This document shows positions 1-8,075 of a stretch of DNA of 58,045 bases, one piece after another; positions within the stretch are counted from its first letter, which is position 1, and each line of letters opens with the position of its first letter. The stretch is from Deltaproteobacteria bacterium UBA5799. Lineage in GTDB: Bacteria > Desulfobacterota > GWC2-55-46. The stretch spans positions 1-58,045 of the forward strand of contig DIDN01000010.1 of the NCBI GenBank assembly GCA_002418185.1, given 5' to 3'. The notes beneath the pieces were generated by a model. That model ran no database searches. It saw only the letters and a list, made by a program, of their open reading frames with translations, and was not told the DNA's origin. A program made the position numbers and the translations under genes.

Positions 1-31
1 AGGCAGGCCGAAAGGCCTGCCTTTTTCTTTT
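1..31 (+). terminator. Intrinsic terminator hairpin (possibly bidirectional)
   Basis: AGGCAGGCC-GAAA-GGCCTGCCT followed by a T-tract; lies past the 3' end of the minus-strand TPR gene. Confidence 0.75.
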
Positions 32-55
32 GAGCCTATGGAGCGGGCAGGGCTT

Positions 56-613
56 TTAATGTCCTGCGGGCTTTTCTGCGTCCTGGCCGTGGGCGGCATT
101 GTAGCTTTCAAGGACCTCTATGCGCTCCTGGGCCTTGGTCCACCATTTGCCTTCAGGCTCGGAAAGACCGGAGAAGGCCTTCCAGCTCTCAAGGGCGCCG
201 AGCATGTCGCCGGTCTTTTCCTGGGCCATTGCGAGCCCGTAATACGCGTTGGCAAGGTCGGGCTTGAGCCCGATGGCTTTTTTCTGGGATTCCGAGGCCT
301 TTTCAAACTCACTGGTGTAGAGATAAGCGAACCCGAGATTGCTGTAAGTCTCGGCGCTGTCCGGGTTGTACTGGAGCACGGCCTCGTACTCTTTTATGGC
401 GAGGTCGTATTCCTTTTTCATGAGGTGCTGCACGCCTTTCTCGAAGTGCGCCTTCCCCGGGTCGGACGGGTCGGCGGCATGCTGCTGCTCAACAGGGGCC
501 GTTGCCGCCTCCTTTTCGGCCTTGGAGCAGCCGTAAGGCGCCATAAGCAGGAGTGCCGCAAAGGACAATAATGCCGGCTTTAAAAACCTATTATATGCTC
601 TTGAGCTGCCCAT
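56..613 (-). CDS. TPR-repeat lipoprotein
   Basis: Signal peptide with lipobox-like PYG-C; TPR motifs (AHFEKGV, AETYSNLG, ANAYYGLA); SD GGAGG upstream. Confidence 0.8.
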   Translation of the reverse strand: MGSSRAYNRFLKPALLSFAALLLMAPYGCSKAEKEAATAPVEQQHAADPSDPGKAHFEKGVQHLMKKEYDLAIKEYEAVLQYNPDSAETYSNLGFAYLYTSEFEKASESQKKAIGLKPDLANAYYGLAMAQEKTGDMLGALESWKAFSGLSEPEGKWWTKAQERIEVLESYNAAHGQDAEKPAGH

Positions 614-829
614 AGTCCTCCTATTGCTTAAAAGGGGTATTTATTTACTCGGATACTAACAAAATAAGGCCCTAAAAGCAACGCAAAATCTTTTCGGCAT
701 CGAGGTGACGGGCGCGGGCCGCGTAAAAAAAAGATTTCACCTCGGTTTCATTCATGGTATATAGTGGAAATCCAGAGAGTTTATGGGCAGAGAGCCCTTT
801 TACGCATCAGCCACAAGAGGGGATTCGAG

Positions 830-1240
830 ATGGGAAACCTGAAGGAGCTGGCGAGGGCGGACAGGTTTGAGCTGCAGATACTCGGAAAACTCAAGCTCGA
901 AGGGAGTTCCGCGCCTGCGGAACTGTGCCTCTGCAATACAGTGAACATAAGCACCAGCGGCGCGCTGGTCGAGACCGGGTTCGTGGTCCCCAAAGGCTCA
1001 CTCGTAAAATACGCCTTCACGCTGCCCGGGACCGACAGGTCCGTCGAGATAACAGGAGAGATAACCCGCGTGGAGTCCGGAACGGATGCGCCGAGGAGGA
1101 TAAGGCCGACCGGCGAGGCCCCGAGAAAGCTGCATCGCTACGGCATAATGTTCCTCGACCTTACTGACTCTGACAGGGAGGCGATGGAGGAGTTTCTGAC
1201 GTTCTACAAGAAAAGGAGCACCGGGCAACAGAGGACCTGA
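830..1240 (+). CDS. Stand-alone PilZ-domain protein
   Basis: NISTSG (D/NxSxxG) motif, EITGEITRV and YGIMFLDL PilZ hallmarks; start placed at ATG 830 after GAGGGG. Confidence 0.75.
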   Translation: MGNLKELARADRFELQILGKLKLEGSSAPAELCLCNTVNISTSGALVETGFVVPKGSLVKYAFTLPGTDRSVEITGEITRVESGTDAPRRIRPTGEAPRKLHRYGIMFLDLTDSDREAMEEFLTFYKKRSTGQQRT

Positions 1241-1304
1241 ACGACCCGCTAATCTGCACCATCCATCGTAAGTCAAAGAATCCCTGCGTCAAATAATCAA
1301 GGTA

Positions 1305-3662
1305 ATGATGAATAGCACGAAAAAAAATACGGCTGCGCGCCGGTTCGCATTCTTTGCGGCGGTCTTTTTTCCGGCGGTTCTGCTGGCCTTTTTTTACGAG
1401 CCGATACTGCTTAAGCGGGTTTTTTACGCATTCGACCTAGGCACCATGATTCTGCCCGCCCAGGTCGCTAACGCGTTGATACGGGACCAGGGGGTTCTGC
1501 CGCTCTGGAACCCGTGGGCCATTTTCGGTTACCCCCTGAGCGCCGAACCCGAGAACGGTGCCATCTACCCGCTGTCTTTGATCTTTAACCTGCCCATCGC
1601 TCATGGCCAGAGCTTCACGGTCTTCATCATGCTCCACTACGTCATTGCCATGGCAGGGACGTGGTTCTACGGCAGGGTGCTCGGGCTCAGCCCGCAGGGG
1701 CGCGCCCTTGCCGTCCTCGTATTCGTCTTTGGCGGCACCTTCATCGCCCAGACCGAGAGCATATATATCATAACCACCTTTTCCTGGGCGCCATGGATAC
1801 TCGCCCTTCAACTCAAATCCGTCCAGGGGCGCTCCCTCGGCTGGGCGGCCGCGGCCGGACTGCTCCTGGGAATCCAGCTACTGGGCGCGCACCCCCAGAT
1901 GACCTTCTACCTCGGGCTCATGACCATACCGAACGGGGTGCTCGGGCGAAGCGACGGGTTCAAGCGGGAGAACATCCTCCGGGCCCTGCGCGTCCTTGCC
2001 GTCATCTATGTCATAGGATGCGCGATAGGCTCGCCGCAATTGCTGTACACCTATGAACTCCTGCGGCACACGGAACGGGGCGCGCGCCTCCCTTATGACT
2101 TCCTCGTCTCCTGGTCCCTGCCCCCGCATTACCTGGTGCAGCTTATAAACCCCAACTTCTTCGGGTCGGAGGAATCTTTCATAGGGACGAGGAACTTCAC
2201 TGAACTGCACCTCTATTGGTCCATAGCCGCCCTTGGCCTTATTATTGTCGGCTGGCGGAGCAAGAACCCGCAGTCCCTTTACTGCCGTTTTTTTATTTTA
2301 TTTTTCCTGGTCCTGGCCCTTGGCCGTTATTCGTATCTGTATCATGCGCTTCAGTACGTGCCTGGCTTTGACGTGACCCGCGCCCCGGCGAGGACGCTTT
2401 TCCCGGCTTCCCTTATGGCAGGAATGCTGGCCGGCCTGGGCCTGGACAGGGCGGCAAACATCAGTGCCGGTATGATCAAGAAGCTGGTGCTTTTCTATAT
2501 TGCCCTGGTCGTGGTTCAGCTCGGCATGGGAATAGCTGGACTCATCGGCCTTGGGGAGAGCGACAATATATTCCGGTCGGCGTATCAGAGTGTGACAGGG
2601 TGGTTGATCGAGCGGCGGGAGCTTCCCGGCGGGGTGGATATAGGGCCTGAAGTGCCCCTCCCGGCCCAGTACCTGCTCGACGCCCTTGGCGACATGAGCC
2701 GCGCGGCCCTGCTCGCGGCCCTCTTTTCCGCATCTGTAGCCATATGGTGGATGTTCTACGTGAGGTCTTCTTCAAAAAAGGGCCTTGCCTATGTCCTCCT
2801 CTTACTTGTGGCAATTGACCTCTACGCCTTTGAGAGCAATACCAACAGGTACAAGGAGCCGGATTTCTATGAGGACGTATCTCCCGTCGTCGAATACCTC
2901 CAGGAACAGGACGTGCATTTCCGCATCTTCCCGGTCTTGAAGGTCGACACCCACGACCCAGACGTCTCCAACCTCGGGTTCAATACGCCGATGATGTACG
3001 GCATCGCGTCCGGCAGGACGTTTCTCGCGATGGAACATAACCGCATAAAAAATTATTTCTACAACATCCCTTTTAAGAGGCTCGCCCTCTCGAACTTCAA
3101 ATATATACTCTCCAGTATCTCCCTTTCCGACCCCTCGCTCAAGCTGGTGCTTCATGACGGCGAGAGGTATCTTTATGAACTGAAGAACGCCATGCAAAGG
3201 GCGTTCTTCGTCCCGCAGGTCAGGGTCGTAAAAGACCCGAATACCGTACTTAAGCTGCTCCGCCAGCCTGATTTCCGGGCAAGGAAGGTCGCCCTTGTTA
3301 ATGAAAGGCCTGTGCCGGTCCCGGGCAGGCCCGTAGAGGATCCGCCTGAAAAGCCGAAAGTCAGTATCACCCACTACGGCTCGATGAAGGTGAAGCTGCG
3401 CGTCATAACGCCTCAGAGCGGGATGTTCGTCCTCAGCGACCTATTCCACCCCGGGTGGAAGGCCGTGGTGAACGGCAAGGAGCGGAGAATCCACCGGACC
3501 AACTACCTTTTCAGGGGGCTATACCTGAGTAAGGGAGAGCACCGGATCACTTTTTATTATCAGCCGAAGAGTTTTTATATCGGCCTCTGGATAGCAGGTG
3601 CGACACTTGCCTGCCTGTTTGCCTTGGGCGTTGTCACGGCCGCCAGGAGGATAAAAGGCTGA
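1305..3662 (+). CDS. YfhO-family multi-pass membrane protein (GT-C-like glycosyltransferase)
   Basis: PLWNP..FGYP N-terminal motif, many TM helices, C-terminal LSDLFHPGWKAVVNG..NYLFRG. Confidence 0.75.
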   Translation: MMNSTKKNTAARRFAFFAAVFFPAVLLAFFYEPILLKRVFYAFDLGTMILPAQVANALIRDQGVLPLWNPWAIFGYPLSAEPENGAIYPLSLIFNLPIAHGQSFTVFIMLHYVIAMAGTWFYGRVLGLSPQGRALAVLVFVFGGTFIAQTESIYIITTFSWAPWILALQLKSVQGRSLGWAAAAGLLLGIQLLGAHPQMTFYLGLMTIPNGVLGRSDGFKRENILRALRVLAVIYVIGCAIGSPQLLYTYELLRHTERGARLPYDFLVSWSLPPHYLVQLINPNFFGSEESFIGTRNFTELHLYWSIAALGLIIVGWRSKNPQSLYCRFFILFFLVLALGRYSYLYHALQYVPGFDVTRAPARTLFPASLMAGMLAGLGLDRAANISAGMIKKLVLFYIALVVVQLGMGIAGLIGLGESDNIFRSAYQSVTGWLIERRELPGGVDIGPEVPLPAQYLLDALGDMSRAALLAALFSASVAIWWMFYVRSSSKKGLAYVLLLLVAIDLYAFESNTNRYKEPDFYEDVSPVVEYLQEQDVHFRIFPVLKVDTHDPDVSNLGFNTPMMYGIASGRTFLAMEHNRIKNYFYNIPFKRLALSNFKYILSSISLSDPSLKLVLHDGERYLYELKNAMQRAFFVPQVRVVKDPNTVLKLLRQPDFRARKVALVNERPVPVPGRPVEDPPEKPKVSITHYGSMKVKLRVITPQSGMFVLSDLFHPGWKAVVNGKERRIHRTNYLFRGLYLSKGEHRITFYYQPKSFYIGLWIAGATLACLFALGVVTAARRIKG

Positions 3663-3753
3663 GCCTTTTACAAGGTATTATGGATACGAAGTCACTTGGA
3701 GGCCCACCGTGTTTATTTTAATCGTATCGCTCGATAAACAGCCCTCGGAACAG

Positions 3754-4590
3754 CTAACCACCGCCCGCTTTCCCCTCAAGACGCCTGATGCGTTCCGCTA
3801 TGGGCGGATGGGTCGAGAAGAGCCTCGCGAACGACCGGCCGCTTAAGGGGTTCACAATGAAAAGGTGCGCCGTCGCGTCGTTCACCTGCATGGGGCTCCG
3901 CCTGTTCTGGTATTCGAGCTTTTTGAGCGCGCTTGCGAGGTAAAGCGGGTTCGTGAGCCTGGCCCCTCCGTCGTCGGCCCCGTACTCCCTGGACCTCGAT
4001 ACGGCGAACTGCACTATCATCGCTGCAATCGGCGCCAGTATCATCATGAAAAGGAGCGCGAGGGGGTTGCCGCCCCGTCCGCGCCTGCCCCCGAAGATGG
4101 CCGAAAAGTACGCGAGGCGCGCAAGGAGGGTTATGGCCCCGGCGATGGTAGCCGCCACTGAAGCTATGAGGATGTCCCGGTGCCTCACATGCGAAAGCTC
4201 GTGCGCTACGACACCTTCGAGCTCTTCCCTGTCAAGCACGCTCAATATCCCGGTGGTCACCGCGACCGCGGCATGCTCCGGGTTGCGGCCAGTTGCGAAG
4301 GCGTTAGGGGTGTTGTTCTCTATTATGTATACGGCTGGCATCGGCATCCCCGCCCTCACCGCAAGCTCTGACACTATGCGGTAGAGGCCCGGAGCGCTCC
4401 CCTCGTCGACCCTCCTGGCTTTATACATCCTGAGGACGATTTTGTCGCTCCACCAGTAGGCCCCGAAGTTCATGACCCCGGCGAATATTAGCGCGAGGAC
4501 CGCGCCCTGGCGTCCGCCGAGGATGTCTCCAGCGAAGACCAGCAGGACCGTGAGTATCGCCAGAAGGGCGGCTGTCTTCAGGTAGCTCAT
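3754..4590 (-). CDS. htpX: Zinc metalloprotease HtpX
   Basis: PNAFATGRNP, HELSH zinc motif, SRSREYGAD, FSTHPP. Confidence 0.95.
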   Translation of the reverse strand: MSYLKTAALLAILTVLLVFAGDILGGRQGAVLALIFAGVMNFGAYWWSDKIVLRMYKARRVDEGSAPGLYRIVSELAVRAGMPMPAVYIIENNTPNAFATGRNPEHAAVAVTTGILSVLDREELEGVVAHELSHVRHRDILIASVAATIAGAITLLARLAYFSAIFGGRRGRGGNPLALLFMMILAPIAAMIVQFAVSRSREYGADDGGARLTNPLYLASALKKLEYQNRRSPMQVNDATAHLFIVNPLSGRSFARLFSTHPPIAERIRRLEGKAGGG

Positions 4591-4728
4591 CTTGGTCCTC
4601 CGGACAAGGCCTGCCGCGCCGGAAAAACAGTTACGGGAGCGGCGCGCAAGGAGGTCTTTTTCGATTATATCCCATAAAGGGAGTTGCTTCGGAGGCTTTA
4701 CGAGGGGAAGTATATCCGGATTAACTGG

Positions 4729-5589
4729 TTAGAGGCCTGGGGGGCTGCCTGCAAGGTCGATTACGGCCTGACGCACGTCCTTTACGGCGACCCCGGTCTC
4801 CATGCAGTAGCCCCGGGGGCGTTCGTTGACTATGGCCAGGACCGGAAGGGGATAGGCGTCCTGAAGGCCGCTTGCGAGGTCCCTCTCGCAGGCGACCGCT
4901 ATGACGGCGTCGGGCCGCTCTTCCTGGACCTTCCTCCTGGCGACGGTGCCGCCAGTCGAGATGAAGAGGTTTACGCCGAACTCGTCGCTGAGGGTTACCA
5001 GCTCTCCGATCTCGCATTTGCCGCACCCCGCGCAGTTCCGGACGTTCCTCGTGACCTTTATCCTGCAGTTGTCGAACTGTATGCAGTGGGGCATGAGTAT
5101 CAGGAGCCGCCGGGGCCTCAAGCCCCGGGCCATCATCCTGACCATCTGGTTGTTGAGCTTTATGAAGGCCTGCTCGACCTTTATCCTGGGCATTTTAAGA
5201 AGCGCCCCGGCAATGGACATGACCGGGAGATAGAACCTCATAATGAGCCAGCGGAGCCACCTGGAATAAAACGGGACCCTTCCCCGGAGCGCGGCGTTGA
5301 GTATTATGGCGCCTCCGCCGAATACGGCAAGCGAAAGGACGAGCGTTACGGCCCCGAGGAGCCACGGTAGCGCCGGGTGTATGTTCCGGAGTCCCACGGT
5401 CGGCACATACCATAGGAGAAAGCCCAGGGACGCTGCCGCAAGCGCGAGGAGGACGAGGAGGCCCGCGAAAAGGCTCCGGCCGGGCCTGTAGGAGATGCTC
5501 TCGGAGTCCCCCTGCCCGATGTCCTGCATCTCTCCATGCGTCCGTCCGTCAGCCAAGCCTGTCCCCCTTTGCGACCCTGTATCCGGCAA
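4729..5589 (-). CDS. DUF116-family membrane protein (start uncertain)
   Basis: LLILMPHCIQ, CAGCGKCEIG, TGGTVAR, AVACERDL motifs; downstream of fmt. Confidence 0.75.
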   Translation of the reverse strand: MPDTGSQRGTGLADGRTHGEMQDIGQGDSESISYRPGRSLFAGLLVLLALAAASLGFLLWYVPTVGLRNIHPALPWLLGAVTLVLSLAVFGGGAIILNAALRGRVPFYSRWLRWLIMRFYLPVMSIAGALLKMPRIKVEQAFIKLNNQMVRMMARGLRPRRLLILMPHCIQFDNCRIKVTRNVRNCAGCGKCEIGELVTLSDEFGVNLFISTGGTVARRKVQEERPDAVIAVACERDLASGLQDAYPLPVLAIVNERPRGYCMETGVAVKDVRQAVIDLAGSPPGL

Positions 5590-6502
5590 CGAACTCTGCC
5601 GCGCCCATCCGCTTCTTGTTCTCGGGCTGAAGCTCCGTTATGACAAAAGCGCCTTTTCCGCAGGCGACAAGTATCCCGTCCTTCCCCGCATACAGCACGG
5701 TCCCGGGCTCGCCCCCGGGGGCCGCCTCATCTTGCCGGGCTGCCCTGCCCCTGTGTATCTTGAGAAGACTCCCCTTCCAGGATGTAAAGGCGCCGGGCCA
5801 CGGGTAAAGCCCCCGGACCTGGTTCTTAATTTCTACGCCGCTCCTGGTCCAGTCGACCCTGCCGTCCTCTTTCTTCAATGCGGGTGCGTACGAGGCGAGG
5901 CTGTCGTCCTGCGGGACCGGTTTTATGTCGTCCCTCAAGAGGAGGTCGATTGTATTGATGAGCACGGCGGCGCCTTTTTCCGAAAGCGTCTTCGCGAGGC
6001 CCTCTGCAGTCTCGTCATCTCCTATCGGCACCCGCTCGCATATGAGAGTGTCCCCGGTGTCCATGCCCTCGTCCATCAGCATGGTGCACACGCCGGTCTC
6101 CTTTTCGCCGTTCACTATGGCCCTGTTTATGGGGGCCGCGCCCCTGTATTTCGGGAGAAGCGATGCATGCACGTTGACACACCCCTTCGGCGGGAGACTG
6201 AGCACGGCGGGAGGGAGGATCTTCCCGTAAGCCACTACGACGATGAGGTCGGGGCCGAGCGAGCACAGCCCTTCCATGAAGGACTCGTCCTTCAACCTGG
6301 CTGGTTCGAGCACGGGTATGCCCTTTTCAAGTGCAAAAAGCTTTACTGGAGAGGGGAGGGGGGAAAGCCCCCGCCCCCGGGGTTTGTCCGGCTGGGTGAC
6401 GGCCGCGAGCACCTGGTGGCCCGCATCGACGAGCGCTGTAATGGAAGGCACCGCAAACAGGGGCGTGCCCATGAACACTATCTTTGCTGCCGGCCCGGCC
6501 AC
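5549..6502 (-). CDS. fmt: Methionyl-tRNA formyltransferase
   Basis: IVFMGTP, TQPDKP, NVHASLLPKYRGAAPI; GTG start at 6502 after AGGAG. Confidence 0.95.
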   Translation of the reverse strand: MAGPAAKIVFMGTPLFAVPSITALVDAGHQVLAAVTQPDKPRGRGLSPLPSPVKLFALEKGIPVLEPARLKDESFMEGLCSLGPDLIVVVAYGKILPPAVLSLPPKGCVNVHASLLPKYRGAAPINRAIVNGEKETGVCTMLMDEGMDTGDTLICERVPIGDDETAEGLAKTLSEKGAAVLINTIDLLLRDDIKPVPQDDSLASYAPALKKEDGRVDWTRSGVEIKNQVRGLYPWPGAFTSWKGSLLKIHRGRAARQDEAAPGGEPGTVLYAGKDGILVACGKGAFVITELQPENKKRMGAAEFVAGYRVAKGDRLG

Positions 6503-6631
6503 AAACAAGTCTCCTGCCTGAGGAATTAGGGTGGTTGAAAGAACTAATCGCAAAGGCCCGGGCCGCAAGGCGGGCCGGGGTTTCTGAATATCGGACCATG
6601 CCCGTCGAGGAGCAGTGGACCCGGCCCGGGG

Positions 6632-7162
6632 TCAGAGGGCCTTTTCCTCAGCCTCGAGCGCCTTTCTTATCTTCCTTTTTATCATCTCCCTTTTTATGCG
6701 GGAGAGCCTGTCGATGAAAAGGAAGCCGTCTATGTGGTCTATTTCGTGCTGGATGGCGATGGCAAGCAGACCGCCCGCCTCTATCTCGATGGGGCTGCCG
6801 TCCCTGTCAAGGGCACTGACCTTCAAGACCGAGGCGCGTTCGACGTCCGCGGTGAAGCCGGGCACGCTCAGGCAACCCTCCTCGAAGGTGGTGACGCCCT
6901 CTTTGTATGTTATTTCGGGGTTTACGAGCGCAAGCAGGTTCTTTCCCCTTTTCCGCTCCCCGTCGTCTTCATCCGGGACGTCGAGGACCACGACCCTCCT
7001 GTCCACGCCGACCTGCACCGAGGCGAGCCCGATGCCTTTCGCGTGGTACATCGTCTCGACCATGTCGTCTATGAGCTTCCTTATGCCATCGTCCACGGCC
7101 TCTACGGGCCGGGCCTTTGTGTTAAGGAAAGGGTCTGGATATTTCAGTATTTCGAGGACCAT
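6632..7162 (-). CDS. def: Peptide deformylase
   Basis: GIGLASVQVG, EGCLSVP, QHEIDH motifs. Confidence 0.97.
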   Translation of the reverse strand: MVLEILKYPDPFLNTKARPVEAVDDGIRKLIDDMVETMYHAKGIGLASVQVGVDRRVVVLDVPDEDDGERKRGKNLLALVNPEITYKEGVTTFEEGCLSVPGFTADVERASVLKVSALDRDGSPIEIEAGGLLAIAIQHEIDHIDGFLFIDRLSRIKREMIKRKIRKALEAEEKAL

Positions 7163-7271
7163 ATAATTATTTTACAACAAAGGCAGCGGAAAGGCCTTGA
7201 AAATATGATAATACACGGGCCGGGCCCTTGTAAAGACGGTATTTCGCGGCAATTCCGTTTTCCCCGGCGAT

Positions 7272-7305
7272 AAAAAAGCCCGCGTGCACATACACGCGGG
7301 CTTTT
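7272..7305. terminator. Bidirectional intrinsic terminator
   Basis: AAAAAAGCCCGCGTG-cacata-CACGCGGGCTTTT. Confidence 0.8.
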
Positions 7306-7321
7306 GAGGGGAATTGAGCCA

Positions 7322-7942
7322 TTACGCAGCCCTTCTGCCTCTTTCCCTTTCCTCGGCAGCTGCCGCGCCGATGGTGGTTACCTCCTTGGAGCGGCCCGCC
7401 CATCCGCCGAGCACAGCCGCAACTGCGCTCAATAAAAGGGCGAAAAAGCCCCACAGTGACGCCGCTGAGGCCGTATCAAGCGCCGTCTGGGCCATCTCGG
7501 GGGTTATCCCGGGTATCTCGCCCGCTGCTATTGCGGCGCTCCTGCCTATGACCCCTGCAAAGGAACTGATAAGCCCGCCTGCCGCCGTGGTCATGATATA
7601 GAACGCGGTAAAGGTGAAGAGTGCCCATACCACCAGACCATGAAGGGCGCTTTTGAGCTTATCTGTTATCCCTGAAATCCTGCAGGCAACCCAGCCGCCC
7701 ACAAAGAGCGATACCAGCGTCACCAGGAGGACATAGATGCCTGTGCCTATGCCTACGCCTCCCAGACCCTCTGCGACCGGGGATATGATTCCCAGGCCTA
7801 TCCCCATGCCGAGGAGCATCCACAGGAGCTGGTTTCCGAGGGCGACCAGCGTGCCGGCAAATATCCCGCCCCAAGAGACACGGTAGTACCAGGGCTCGTA
7901 TTTGTACATGCCGGGAGTACCGGTGTCCGATACGTATGCCAT
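7322..7942 (-). CDS. Hypothetical multi-pass membrane protein (RVSWGGIFAG-type)
   Basis: Strong SD AGGAGG, about 4 Gly/Ala-rich TM segments, own terminator. Confidence 0.7.
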   Translation of the reverse strand: MAYVSDTGTPGMYKYEPWYYRVSWGGIFAGTLVALGNQLLWMLLGMGIGLGIISPVAEGLGGVGIGTGIYVLLVTLVSLFVGGWVACRISGITDKLKSALHGLVVWALFTFTAFYIMTTAAGGLISSFAGVIGRSAAIAAGEIPGITPEMAQTALDTASAASLWGFFALLLSAVAAVLGGWAGRSKEVTTIGAAAAEERERGRRAA

Positions 7943-8075
7943 ATTTCCTCCTTCCTTAAAACATATATGTTACACCTACTTGGAGTACCTAATTTAAGTC
8001 TATACCCGGGCGCGGGGGGTGTCAATTCGGGCTTGGGCGAGGGCCGGAAAGGAGTTTTTTTGCGGTGCCCGGGGC

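Noticed and set aside
686-745. Interleaved inverted repeats in the TPR/PilZ divergent promoter
   Set aside because: Short 8-9 bp matches, partly homopolymeric; cannot be told from chance
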